Part shown: positions 1-9,727 of the stretch, piece after piece
Position numbering within the stretch: the stretch's first letter is position 1
Layout: the number at the start of each line of letters is the position of its first letter
IMG/VR virus record: IMGVR_UViG_3300015262_000001
Location: 1 to 64,000 of that record
DNA length: 64,000 bases
Direction: 5' to 3' (one strand)
Program-made: the position numbers and the translations under genes
Notes under the pieces: model-generated
The model's database searches: none
Told to the model about the DNA's origin: nothing
Seen by the model: the letters and a program-made list of their open reading frames with translations, nothing else

Positions 1-453
1 CAGACTGTCGTGGTTCTGAGTGAAGACGATGTACGCTTCCTTGAAACCATCGTTGATGCGGACTACCACTTCCTTGGACTTACGGAAGAAGTCACCCAGG
101 AAGCTCTCACAGCCCATCAGACGTGTCATGATGTAATCTTCCGGCATCAGGGTTCGTCCGAGGGCTTCAGCGCCTTCTACAGCGTCCAAACCGCTTACAG
201 GCGGAATGTCCACATTGGAGCGTGTCAGCGAGTTGTCCATGGCATTGGCCAGCTCAGGCGTGACCTGGTGAGGTTCAGTACCCGAGAGCACCGCCTTAAC
301 CATGTTGACACGATCCTTGCTGTCATCCAGACGACCCTGAAAACGATCAAGGTCGCCAGTGTCTTTGGCCAGGCTGACAATCTCGGCAGACTTAACCGCA
401 GAGATAGCAGCCATTTCAGCAGCCAGCTGGAGTTCCTGGTTAATTTGACCCAT
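1..453 (-). CDS. 5' part of a virion head protein, running off the left edge (absent from the ORF track)
   Basis: Translated by hand from the ATG at 453: MGQINQELQLAAEMAAISAVK...LSGTEPH...VEGAEALG...TRLMGCESFLGDFFRKSKEVVVRINDGFKEAY..., with no stop down to base 1. It overlaps the stop of the upstream gene by 14 nt and carries G-X-E motifs like the neighbouring head proteins. Confidence 0.8.
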   Translation of the reverse strand, partial: MGQINQELQLAAEMAAISAVKSAEIVSLAKDTGDLDRFQGRLDDSKDRVNMVKAVLSGTEPHQVTPELANAMDNSLTRSNVDIPPVSGLDAVEGAEALGRTLMPEDYIMTRLMGCESFLGDFFRKSKEVVVRINDGFKEAYIVFTQNHDSL

Positions 454-958
454 AGTAGGTCTCTCCCCCGAGGAGTAAGAAGATGCGTCCAACGACGCCT
501 GCTCCTACACCAGCTAAAAGACGATAAAGGTCATTGTCATAGACCATGTCCCCATCCTGCAAGAAGGCCGCATGGCCGCCTGTGCGACTGGATGGCGTGT
601 ATGTACCGTAACGGGTACTGTTAGCGTCCTGGAGTTTGTTCTCCTGGATACCCACAGACGTGATCAACTGACGATGCCCACAACGACCGTTCAGGAAATG
701 AACGATGTCACGGATCAGTTCAGACAACGGCCCCTTGCCGCTATCGAAGTTGACTTCCATCCACCCTGCAAAGGAAGTACCGCACAGGGCAGTTACTTCG
801 CGCAGGGTTTCGATGGTTACGTCACCTTTCATGATCAGTTCGAAATCCTGGTACGCATCCTGACGGAGGTACTTCAGGTTCTTGAACATGGCTGCCAGTT
901 CACCATCACTCAGGTGAGCGCTGACGTACCCGTTGTTACCCCGGCGAAATTCAGGCAT
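440..958 (-). CDS. Hypothetical protein in the virion gene block
   Basis: Likely start MPEFRRG at 958, coupled to the stop of the upstream gene (TATGCCTGA); codon usage matches the neighbours. Function unknown. Confidence 0.7.
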   Translation of the reverse strand: MPEFRRGNNGYVSAHLSDGELAAMFKNLKYLRQDAYQDFELIMKGDVTIETLREVTALCGTSFAGWMEVNFDSGKGPLSELIRDIVHFLNGRCGHRQLITSVGIQENKLQDANSTRYGTYTPSSRTGGHAAFLQDGDMVYDNDLYRLLAGVGAGVVGRIFLLLGGETYYGSN

Positions 959-1835
959 AGTCGGCCTCGATCTCGGAAATGGTGTGGTCGTTGCGAATGA
1001 TTTTGTCCTGGTAGACTTCGATACGACGATCGAGCTCAGGGTCATTCGTGCCATTACGCAGGTTGATCGCTTGCGAGATCTTCATGGCGAAGTACTCGTT
1101 GTCACGGCGCATCTTCTCGATACGCATGCCTTGGATCTTGCTCCAACCCAGACCCAACCAGAAGATCGGGTTAACCAGGTGGATGCCAAAGCCCTTGTTG
1201 AGCAGGTCAACCTGGGTCTTGCCGCCGGTGCTTTCCATGACGTCCAGCGAGGTCTGAGTGATCTCGATGTCCGGCAGGTTGTTCATGTTCTTCATGATCG
1301 CAGCCGCACCGCGCAGCAGGTCGATACTGAAGTTGGTATAGAACGAAGAAGTGCCGTTGATGAACTTCAGGTCGATCGGTTGCAGGTAACGAGCAGGATC
1401 GACTTTCTGGTTGTTCATGGTCAGCAGTACATCGTAGACCATGCGGGTGTAACGTAGCCAGAAGTTCAGGAACTCGATAACGTTCAACAGGTTAGCCTGC
1501 TTAACAGTCATCAGCTTGCCGTCCCACAGACTTTCGCGATAGCTGTTAACAGCCTTGGTCAGCTCGGTGGTAAGCACGTCAATAGCGACGATGTTGTGCC
1601 TGGACACACCAACCAGATCGCTGGCGTTAAAGCCTGCACTGGTGATAGCCTTTTTCAGACTACGGGTGATTACCCAGTGTTCAATCTGATCGCTCAGGTC
1701 GATGTTGTTGCTCTGGAGGTTTTCCAGACTGGCCTTGAGGTCTTCGCCCGCTACCTTGACGTTCAGGATAGATGCCAGGATTTCGTTCTTCTTTACCGCC
1801 TTTACTTTCCCGACGTAGGAGAAAATATCCATCAC
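951..1835 (-). CDS. Putative virion (head) structural protein, phiKZ gp90-like by position
   Basis: 294 aa, predicted helical, ATGA overlap with the upstream gene. The assignment rests on recalled synteny only. Confidence 0.55.
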   Translation of the reverse strand: MMDIFSYVGKVKAVKKNEILASILNVKVAGEDLKASLENLQSNNIDLSDQIEHWVITRSLKKAITSAGFNASDLVGVSRHNIVAIDVLTTELTKAVNSYRESLWDGKLMTVKQANLLNVIEFLNFWLRYTRMVYDVLLTMNNQKVDPARYLQPIDLKFINGTSSFYTNFSIDLLRGAAAIMKNMNNLPDIEITQTSLDVMESTGGKTQVDLLNKGFGIHLVNPIFWLGLGWSKIQGMRIEKMRRDNEYFAMKISQAINLRNGTNDPELDRRIEVYQDKIIRNDHTISEIEADYA

Positions 1836-2935
1836 ATGCCTCCGTTGAGCAACTTGACCAGGTCCGCCAGAGTGTTGGAACCGGAATCTTTTTTGGATTT
1901 GATTGCGATTTCCTTACGGGTGTAAACTTCAGGCATATCGCTACCGTGTGTGTAGAAGGTGTAGATGCCGCGGTCTTCGTTGCAGACTACGATGGTGTTA
2001 GCCACTACAGCCTTGAAGATACTTTCACGCGAACGTGGGTCGCGGAAACGCTTACCGAGGTCCAGTTCCAGCTGGGTAGCTGTTTCCTGGGAGATGATGA
2101 ACGAGTTGGCCATGCTGTTGAAGCTGACCACGCCGGTGCGAACAGCCGTGAGTTTGTTACCGGTTTCACGACGCAGGGCTTCTTTATAGTAGCCCGACAT
2201 TTCTTCGTTGCGGATGTTGAAGCGTTCTTTGATGATATCGCGACCGCTGAGGAATTCAGGGGCGGTGATCTCATTGGTCTTCGCCATGGTCAGGCGAGCA
2301 AAGAAGCCTTCTTCGATCTTGGCGGCCGAGAAGGTACGCTTAAGATCCTTGGCCGACATAGGAATCGGGATCTGACGGAAAGTCAGCGGGAACTCGATCT
2401 TGCCACCGCGCTCGGTAACCAGGGTGGCGTTAACCACTTTACCAACGGCCAACGGGGTGTACTCATTCAGATCCGGCATGGACTTGCCGCCGACTTGAAC
2501 GTAATCGTGCTCTGGCTTCTTGTCTTCTTTGTCGCCGTTGGGGATGTTGTTGTCGTAGGCTTCGCAACCCATCAGCGCCATCATACCGGCACGGTTAGGG
2601 TTGATAGACCCGATGACATCCTTGATCTGAACACCCATTGCCACGGTGCCTTCAAGCGCCAGGTGAGTCAAAGTAGCGACCACGTCACGCAACATGATGA
2701 TCTGCATGAGATCAGCCATGAATTCTTGATGCAGAAGGGACTGCTCAACACCTACCATTGGAGCAATGATAGCGCGGTTGGCGCTCTGATGGACCGAGGT
2801 GGTCGAGACCACATTGTATGAACGTTGAACCTGGCCCGCCACCTTGGCGGCGGAGTTTATGTCTTTGCTATCGGGATAAAACTTGCTTGCAATGTCCAGC
2901 AGGTAAGACCCCAGACCTAATACGTTACCAATCAT
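1832..2935 (-). CDS. Putative virion head protein, phiKZ gp89-like by position
   Basis: Likely start MIGNVLG at 2935 with AAGG upstream. Contains LMGCE followed by an acidic/low-complexity linker, as expected for a protease-processed head protein. Confidence 0.6.
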   Translation of the reverse strand: MIGNVLGLGSYLLDIASKFYPDSKDINSAAKVAGQVQRSYNVVSTTSVHQSANRAIIAPMVGVEQSLLHQEFMADLMQIIMLRDVVATLTHLALEGTVAMGVQIKDVIGSINPNRAGMMALMGCEAYDNNIPNGDKEDKKPEHDYVQVGGKSMPDLNEYTPLAVGKVVNATLVTERGGKIEFPLTFRQIPIPMSAKDLKRTFSAAKIEEGFFARLTMAKTNEITAPEFLSGRDIIKERFNIRNEEMSGYYKEALRRETGNKLTAVRTGVVSFNSMANSFIISQETATQLELDLGKRFRDPRSRESIFKAVVANTIVVCNEDRGIYTFYTHGSDMPEVYTRKEIAIKSKKDSGSNTLADLVKLLNGGM

Positions 2936-2967
2936 TTTAATTACCTTCATTAATGGGAGCCAGAGAA

Positions 2968-4044
2968 ATGGCGGATGATCCGAATCAGTATGGCGGGTGG
3001 TACGACAAGACCCCAGGGAATGAAGAACCCGCAGGTGATCTAAACTCTCAGACATATGACGAATGGCTGGAATATGCGTTTAGAGAAAACGGTGGGCCCG
3101 GTTACTCTAGTGCGCTGATCAGTATGTTGAAAGGGGTACGAATTCTAGGCCCTGGGAACCAGTTGGCTCCCATCCCCGACGACACCATAGGATTAGTCTT
3201 TATTAACCGGCCGTTGTTGAACTTATCCGACGAAAACGTGATAAAACATCCTCAAATGTTGCCGTTGTATAACCCAGATCGAAATACCCTACAGCATTAC
3301 GTTAAGGGGTTGCTAGATCCTGTCTGGGGAAGAGCCAACAGCGGTAACAGTGCAATGCTGGACCCGCTGTACCCGTGGATGGGCTGCTTAACCAACCTGG
3401 TTAAGGTCTCTTCGGGATTCCCTGACGTCAACATGCCGGTAGAGAAATCTCAGCCGGGTATTCGTAAGGAAGTCTATCAGTACCCCAACGGGATCCTGAA
3501 GGTTAACTACGACTACGAGATGCGCCTGACCTTTCATAACCCTAAGCCGGGTGTGGTTCCGTTTATCTTCGACGTGATCAACCACTACATTGAAGGGGTT
3601 ACGCTGGGTGATGAAGGAATGGAGCCTTACCCAGAGGCCTTGATCCAGAACTACCGTGATTACGACATGCGTGTCTATCACATCATCATGAACAAGAACA
3701 TGCGGAGTATCGAAGGGATCTACATGAACGGCTACTCTTGGCCGAACACCTACCCATCGGGTGCATTCAGTACTATCGACCGTACGCAGAACAGTCTGCG
3801 AGGTCAGGGCCAGGATGAGGTCGAGATCAACTTCCCTAGCGTGGTCTTTCGTTATAACAACTTACGTGTTGCGGATATGTTCAATCGCACCACGTTGTTC
3901 TTTAATCCAAACATGAACCCAAGTGTTCGGGAAAACAACTACCGCAAGTTGAAGTTCAGTGAGTACTACGCAGCTAACTATGCGCTGTGCTACCCCTGGA
4001 TCAACCTGAACTCGATGGAAATGGAATACTGGGGTGACAAGTAA
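2968..4044 (+). CDS. Virion structural protein, possibly tail-tube fold (baseplate tube initiator), phiKZ gp88-like
   Basis: Start MADDPNQ after GGGAG. The beta-rich pattern (YEMRLTF...MRVYHII...WPNTYPSG...EVEINF) resembles tube/gp48/gp54 proteins by eye. Directly coupled to the next gene. Confidence 0.5.
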   Translation: MADDPNQYGGWYDKTPGNEEPAGDLNSQTYDEWLEYAFRENGGPGYSSALISMLKGVRILGPGNQLAPIPDDTIGLVFINRPLLNLSDENVIKHPQMLPLYNPDRNTLQHYVKGLLDPVWGRANSGNSAMLDPLYPWMGCLTNLVKVSSGFPDVNMPVEKSQPGIRKEVYQYPNGILKVNYDYEMRLTFHNPKPGVVPFIFDVINHYIEGVTLGDEGMEPYPEALIQNYRDYDMRVYHIIMNKNMRSIEGIYMNGYSWPNTYPSGAFSTIDRTQNSLRGQGQDEVEINFPSVVFRYNNLRVADMFNRTTLFFNPNMNPSVRENNYRKLKFSEYYAANYALCYPWINLNSMEMEYWGDK

Positions 4045-6981
4045 ATGGCCGACATTACACAGAACGAATTGATCGCACTGGCCAACAACCCTATCCGTGG
4101 GGTAAACCGTGTTGTCAATCAGGTTGAGAACGACTACTTTGCCAAGTCGGTAAAACTCAATAGCAAGACACACCCATTTGTCTTCGGTACTGACATCATT
4201 TTGGGTTCCGCTTACGGGATCCTGAACCGCATCGATGATGCTGTTGCCAAGATGTTTCCTGCACACGCCCGTAGTACCGCAGACCTCAGCCGTCACATGT
4301 CTGAGGAAGAACAAGTAGGTATGTTCGGCACACCGTCGATCATGGACCTGCAATACGCGATCAACACTGCTGTCTTTATGTCCCTGGCTAAGGACGTAAC
4401 GGTAACGCTGGGCAAGAGCACTTTCACGTACAAAATGCTTCTGTTGCCAAAGGACACCGAACTCACCTTCGGCGGGTATACCTTTGGCATCGAGAACGGT
4501 GTAGAGATACGCTACAGCGAGCAGACGGGTTACCAGGTGGTTTATGACGACTCCACCAACAACCCGCTTAATCCAATCGCCAACAACCTCCTGAAGCGTG
4601 TTGTAACACCTAACGGTTACCTGACGATCGTTATCCCTTGCCGTCAGTTGGTCTGCTTGCCAACAGAGAACCTGACCTCCAACCAAAGCTCTGGTTGCAG
4701 TGGCGAAGTTAGCTTCCCTGACTACCTGTTCGCAGTTCGTGCGTTCCAGACAGTGGGTGGGGTAAAGTCTGAACTTCTGGTGAGCTATGACCAGGATGTG
4801 TTCGATCCAAACACCGCTACCCTGGCTTTGAGTCTGGATGTCAGTAACCAGAAGTTTGGTTACAAGATTCCTGATGTCTACATTGCCAACGGTCTGGGTA
4901 TTGGGTCGATCGACATCTACACCTACACCACCAAAGGCGAGTTGTTGAAGGACTTTACTCAGACTGCTCTGGGTGATGTGGGGGTTAACTACCAGGACTA
5001 TCGTTTCGGCGCTGGTACTCTGGGGCCTTTCTCCAATGCACTGAAGTCCTCGGGTGGCATGGCTTGGCGTGCGATGACGTCAACCTCTGGTGGTAGCAAC
5101 GCTATTCCGTTTGCTCAGATGAAAGCTTCCTTTATCAACGGACGTCGTCAGCGTAACCTTCCGATCACTGAGAACAACCTGATTGGTACCGTGGAGAACT
5201 ACGGTTACAACTCGGTTAAGTCGATTGACTACTTGACCAAGCGCAGCTACTCGTTGACCAAGGAACTTCGGATCCAGGACAACAAGAAGCTGTTTGCGCC
5301 TATGGCGTGCTTTGTTGGTAGTTACCTGGCGTCGGTCAACAGCCTGATCGGCAGTGGCGTAGTTATCGACAACGGATCCAGGATCACCATTCCGCACAAC
5401 GTGCTATTCGATATTAGCCAGCCAACCACCGTGTTGATCAACCAGATTACCAAGAACGCCTACGAAGCCAGAAGCAACGAAGGCAAGGTTGATCTGGTAG
5501 CCAGTACCACGCTGGTGTACACACCGTTCTACTATGTGATGGACCTGACCAACTCCCAAGCGGTGTTGCGTACCTATCACCTGGATGAACCCAAGTTCAA
5601 GAGCCAGACGTTTAAGGCTGAGAACAGTCTGTTGGGTATTGACGTGGGTGTGGGTACGGTAGCGATCGAGCAGAACGATGCCGGGTATCTGATCACTGTG
5701 GTTACGGCCTCCGGTAAGAGCTACCAGGAACTGGATGATTCCACCCTGGGTGTTCAACTGTCGGTACAGCCTGAAGACACCAACAGCCTGGCAAGCATTG
5801 CAGGTACGCTGTATGGCCTGACTGAAGATGGTGAGCGGATCTGGCAGTTTGCTTTGGACAGCCGTTTCGACGTTGATGTTAACGACGTGATTTACTTCAC
5901 CAACTTTGTGCAGTTCGGTAACACCCAGCCAACCACTGGTGTGCCTCTGGAACTGGACATGACGTTTATCTTCACCTTCCAGGGCGATAAGGCTAACACA
6001 GCTACCTCATCGGATGATAAGATCGACCAGAGCCTGTTCCCGGTGCCGATGGTGGCTATTATCGAAACCCAGTACAACGTAGCACTGGGTCGTAAGCTGG
6101 GGAACCTGTACAGCCGTATACGTCCTCTGGTCGGTGAAGCGCAGTTCAAGAAGTACGGAGTGGATGTTCCATTCACCTACCCGGAAACAATCTATAAACG
6201 TACCGACGACGACCTGAAGGAAATCATCTTTGTTGATGGTGTGGCTCAGGTAGAGCACCATGCAGGCGACATGATGTACGATAACAACGTACCTCCTCGT
6301 GTCATGCTGGAATACACCAAAGACGACTACATGATGGACGGTGAGGGTAATTACATTGAAGTGGCTCCTCGTGAGAAACTCTACCACTGGGACTTCATTG
6401 GTTTCGACGGTGCTTACTACTTCAGTCATGATGTCTATGACGAACAGTTTGCCCAAGAGACCAAAGACTACTTCGTGAACGTGATCAGTCAAGACATGGC
6501 TTACTTTGCATCGTCTGCGCTTGATCAAACTAGCCTGGTCTACCAGCCGCGTAACAAGCTGGGTTATCAGAAGGTAGTGGTCAACAGCAACTACACCTCG
6601 TACCTGCGTCAAGACCTGAGCTTTGTGGTCACCTACTACCTGACTGCATCGGGTATGAAGAACCAAAGCTTGAAGGACTCCCTGGATGCCAGTACTCCGC
6701 AGACACTTAACTTGGGTCTGTTCGGAACTACCACGTTCAGTTCAAACGACTTGGCATGGCAGTTGAAAGATGGTACGTCAAGTGAAGTGGTGGCAGTTAA
6801 GCTGAGCGCCCTGGCCGGTGACAGTACGGTTGACGTGATCAGTAACGCGGATGACCTGACAGGGTTCAGCATTCGTAAGCTGCTGCAACAGAGTTCTGAT
6901 GGTTTGTTGTCGATTAAGGAAGACATTGATATCGTCTTCTTGCCGCATGACGTATCCATGGTCAACATGGGTCCGGTGTAA
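4045..6981 (+). CDS. Large baseplate wedge-like structural protein (T4 gp6-like), phiKZ gp87-like
   Basis: 978 aa. The segment TSTSGGSNAIPFAQMK...ITENNL resembles the GG.D.E...IR...VT..DY signature of gp6/baseplate-J proteins; synteny supports it. Confidence 0.55.
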   Translation: MADITQNELIALANNPIRGVNRVVNQVENDYFAKSVKLNSKTHPFVFGTDIILGSAYGILNRIDDAVAKMFPAHARSTADLSRHMSEEEQVGMFGTPSIMDLQYAINTAVFMSLAKDVTVTLGKSTFTYKMLLLPKDTELTFGGYTFGIENGVEIRYSEQTGYQVVYDDSTNNPLNPIANNLLKRVVTPNGYLTIVIPCRQLVCLPTENLTSNQSSGCSGEVSFPDYLFAVRAFQTVGGVKSELLVSYDQDVFDPNTATLALSLDVSNQKFGYKIPDVYIANGLGIGSIDIYTYTTKGELLKDFTQTALGDVGVNYQDYRFGAGTLGPFSNALKSSGGMAWRAMTSTSGGSNAIPFAQMKASFINGRRQRNLPITENNLIGTVENYGYNSVKSIDYLTKRSYSLTKELRIQDNKKLFAPMACFVGSYLASVNSLIGSGVVIDNGSRITIPHNVLFDISQPTTVLINQITKNAYEARSNEGKVDLVASTTLVYTPFYYVMDLTNSQAVLRTYHLDEPKFKSQTFKAENSLLGIDVGVGTVAIEQNDAGYLITVVTASGKSYQELDDSTLGVQLSVQPEDTNSLASIAGTLYGLTEDGERIWQFALDSRFDVDVNDVIYFTNFVQFGNTQPTTGVPLELDMTFIFTFQGDKANTATSSDDKIDQSLFPVPMVAIIETQYNVALGRKLGNLYSRIRPLVGEAQFKKYGVDVPFTYPETIYKRTDDDLKEIIFVDGVAQVEHHAGDMMYDNNVPPRVMLEYTKDDYMMDGEGNYIEVAPREKLYHWDFIGFDGAYYFSHDVYDEQFAQETKDYFVNVISQDMAYFASSALDQTSLVYQPRNKLGYQKVVVNSNYTSYLRQDLSFVVTYYLTASGMKNQSLKDSLDASTPQTLNLGLFGTTTFSSNDLAWQLKDGTSSEVVAVKLSALAGDSTVDVISNADDLTGFSIRKLLQQSSDGLLSIKEDIDIVFLPHDVSMVNMGPV

Positions 6982-6993
6982 AGCAGCTATAAG

Positions 6994-7027
6994 CCTACCC
7001 TACCTCCTTTGCGGGAGGTAGGGTAGG
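6994..7027. terminator. Bidirectional terminator hairpin between convergent genes
   Basis: Perfect 14-bp stem CCTACCCTACCTCC / GGAGGTAGGGTAGG with a 6-nt loop. Confidence 0.85.
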
Positions 7028-7044
7028 TCTATGGCCGGTACAGC

Positions 7045-7803
7045 TTATTCAGCAGGCTGGTCCAACGGAGTACCGGGGTACTTCAGGTTCAGGTATTCCG
7101 CAAACAGGAACGGCAGCTTCAACTTGTTGACCATGTCGCTGGAGCGCCAAGAGAAGTCTTTCAGACTGAAGCCAGCCAGTTTCAGATCTGGCTGGAAAGT
7201 TCCCTTCAGATAATCGACGTGAGCCTTGGCCATGGTCGTCTTGAACTCGTTGACAAACAGGTAGTCCCCGTTGATCACCACGTCCGGTACGCGGTTGAGT
7301 TGAGTCCACGAAGTAACTGAACCTTCTTTCAACTTCTGCTCAGCTTCGTAGAAGTAGTCACCCGTGTACGCGACGTATTTCAACACCTCGCAACGGAACT
7401 CATTCAAGATGGACTGGTTTTCAACCGTGAACTCAGCCTCCACCAATCCCTTCATGGTGGCATCAACCACCTCATGAATGTAGTCGTAGATCAGCTTGAA
7501 GTACTGACGTGTCTCTTCAAGTTCCCCTAGTTGCTTACGCGACTCCTCGACAGGCAAGCCAGCGTATAACACCACAGACTTGTTAGTCTCCGGGAAACAT
7601 TCAGACAGCTGCACCATCAGGGCATTGGCTCGAGAGCTATTACCCCAGATACCACGGATGATCTTTGTAGCAACAGGCAGTGGCAGACCATCGTCTTCCA
7701 TAGCGCTGATCAGGGACTCGAGTTCGTCGATGTACGTCTGGGTGGTGACTTCAGCCACGCCCTTCAGTTTGACGATCTCTTCCCACATGGCTGCTCGGCT
7801 CAT
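7045..7803 (-). CDS. Hypothetical protein (virion block)
   Basis: 252 aa; overlaps the stop of the upstream gene by 4 nt. Confidence 0.75.
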   Translation of the reverse strand: MSRAAMWEEIVKLKGVAEVTTQTYIDELESLISAMEDDGLPLPVATKIIRGIWGNSSRANALMVQLSECFPETNKSVVLYAGLPVEESRKQLGELEETRQYFKLIYDYIHEVVDATMKGLVEAEFTVENQSILNEFRCEVLKYVAYTGDYFYEAEQKLKEGSVTSWTQLNRVPDVVINGDYLFVNEFKTTMAKAHVDYLKGTFQPDLKLAGFSLKDFSWRSSDMVNKLKLPFLFAEYLNLKYPGTPLDQPAE

Positions 7804-9314
7804 AGTAATCTACCTGCTCCGATTTGCTTGGTGAAGTTGTTGAGGCTGGTTTTCACCCCACCAACATCGTTCTTGATAGCGAAGTTCACGTTAGCGGACA
7901 ACTTCTCAGCAAACGTTTTAGCGTCTGCATCCTTGATGAACACCCGACCTTCGATGATAGGACTGAGACCTTTAGCACGTGCCTCGGCAACAATCTTCTC
8001 AACAGTGTCCAGGTCACCAAGAACACCGCTGTAGTAGTACGCGTGTATACGCCCGTACCATTCCACCAGGCTGGTGATCTGTCTCTCAACCCGCAGGACT
8101 TCCTTACTGATGCCGTAGCAGCACTGGGTGAAGTTACGGATGTCAACAGACAGTTCCTGGTAGGCGGAGAGGATAGCTGGCGCCTGGTAGTAGGTCGCCA
8201 TGACGGACAGCTTCTCAGAGTCCGACTTATGGATAATCTCACCCAACCCTTTCCAGTCAATACGGGAAATGTCGACCTCGGTATCCACCAGATTTTGGTA
8301 GCGGGTATTAAGCGCCTGGATGCTCGCCATGGTTGTACTGACATCCATGCCACGAACAACACTGGTACTTGCCTGCACCTCGGTCTTCAGACGATTCTGT
8401 ACCTGGTCAAACTTGTTGGCCAGTTCATCGTTCGAGAAATCGAGGCTGTAGAGGTCCTTGTACAGCTTAGCCACCAGGCTAACAACTTCCTTGGTATCCA
8501 GGGCAAGCGATGTTTCCTGGATAGCAATGAGGACCTGTGTCACTTCGCTCGAACTTGCACCATCAACGTGACTACCCGCTTTATAGCGAACACGTGAACG
8601 GTTATACTCGTCCAGGATTACTTTCTTCAGACGCCTCTGAGCGACGTTGACCTTGTCGGTACCTTGTTTGATCTTGCCATTGATCTGCTGGATCAGTGGA
8701 ATAGCTGCTTCCAGCTTCTTGATCTGATCCACGTCACTGTCGAGTTTATTCTTCAGCAAATGGATCTGGGCAACACGGTCCTGACCAGCAGGCAACTTGC
8801 CGAGGAAGTTCTCGACGTTGTATTCAGCAATATTGAAGCCAAAGCTGATCAACGTATCTTCGAACTCTTTCTTCAGATCAGGGAGCGCGTCATCGATGGC
8901 TTTAGTGATCCGTTCACTCTTGCGGAAGCCAAAGATCCCTTTGACCATGTCAACAACCCAGTCGATGGCCATGCGGATGTACTTAATGATGGCTTCGATG
9001 AAGTCCTTGAAGCCGTTGTACACCGCACTGAAGAAACCCTCAGCACCCATGCGAGCGTTGCGTTCCGAAGGGAACGGGTCATAGTTTTCAACGCCTTGCA
9101 GTTTAAGGTGACGGGCAACCTGCTTGGAGAAAGTACCGAGGTTCAGCTGTTCAGAACCCATCACCATTACGGTGGCGTTGTTCTGTTCGCTGACCTGGTA
9201 GTATTCTGTCAGGTCGACACGTTGTTTGTTTTCGCCTGGCTGATAGGAATCAACAGGACTCGAGTTACCAATCTGTTGGTAATCATCGATCTGAGAGGTA
9301 GCGGAATCACTCAC
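7800..9314 (-). CDS. Virion head protein with a probable cleaved propeptide
   Basis: 504 aa. The N-terminal region ends at RMGAE and is followed by an amphipathic helix (GFFSAVYNGFKDFIEAIIKYIRMAIDWVVDMVKGIFG) and coiled coils. Confidence 0.65.
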   Translation of the reverse strand: MSDSATSQIDDYQQIGNSSPVDSYQPGENKQRVDLTEYYQVSEQNNATVMVMGSEQLNLGTFSKQVARHLKLQGVENYDPFPSERNARMGAEGFFSAVYNGFKDFIEAIIKYIRMAIDWVVDMVKGIFGFRKSERITKAIDDALPDLKKEFEDTLISFGFNIAEYNVENFLGKLPAGQDRVAQIHLLKNKLDSDVDQIKKLEAAIPLIQQINGKIKQGTDKVNVAQRRLKKVILDEYNRSRVRYKAGSHVDGASSSEVTQVLIAIQETSLALDTKEVVSLVAKLYKDLYSLDFSNDELANKFDQVQNRLKTEVQASTSVVRGMDVSTTMASIQALNTRYQNLVDTEVDISRIDWKGLGEIIHKSDSEKLSVMATYYQAPAILSAYQELSVDIRNFTQCCYGISKEVLRVERQITSLVEWYGRIHAYYYSGVLGDLDTVEKIVAEARAKGLSPIIEGRVFIKDADAKTFAEKLSANVNFAIKNDVGGVKTSLNNFTKQIGAGRLL

Positions 9315-9702
9315 GGTTAGCCTCCAGTTCGCGTACCAGGTAGTCAGTCAGAACGTTGCAAGCTGGCAGCTCACCTACGTCCACGTCACCGACAATAGCG
9401 GTGAACTCTTTCTTGCACGGCAGAGTGCCGGTGTTCATCATGACGCCATTCAGCATGCCGATGCGAACCTGGGCACCCTTGTGGATCAGTGCAGCCGGGA
9501 TAGGGGAAACCTTGTTCCACTTGTCCAGCATGGCCCAGGCTTTCTCGTCCATCTCGGAGGTCCAGCCGCCCAGGCGGTACGAACGACGGATCAGTGCACG
9601 AGTGAAAGGCTCTGCCAGTAGTTTGCTTTGTTCGATCGGGCAGGTGATGCCTTTCTCAGTCAGGGCTTTCTTGAATTCGAGTACATGGATCAAATGCGAC
9701 AT
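9307..9702 (-). CDS. Hypothetical protein
   Basis: 131 aa, GGAG upstream, 8-nt overlap with the downstream gene. Confidence 0.75.
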   Translation of the reverse strand: MSHLIHVLEFKKALTEKGITCPIEQSKLLAEPFTRALIRRSYRLGGWTSEMDEKAWAMLDKWNKVSPIPAALIHKGAQVRIGMLNGVMMNTGTLPCKKEFTAIVGDVDVGELPACNVLTDYLVRELEANRE

Positions 9703-9727
9703 GGCGGAGTTCCTTTATGGGTAGGGT

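Noticed and set aside
10-624. 204-aa plus-strand ORF at the left edge
   Set aside because: The real gene is on the minus strand (1..453); this ORF is its shadow.
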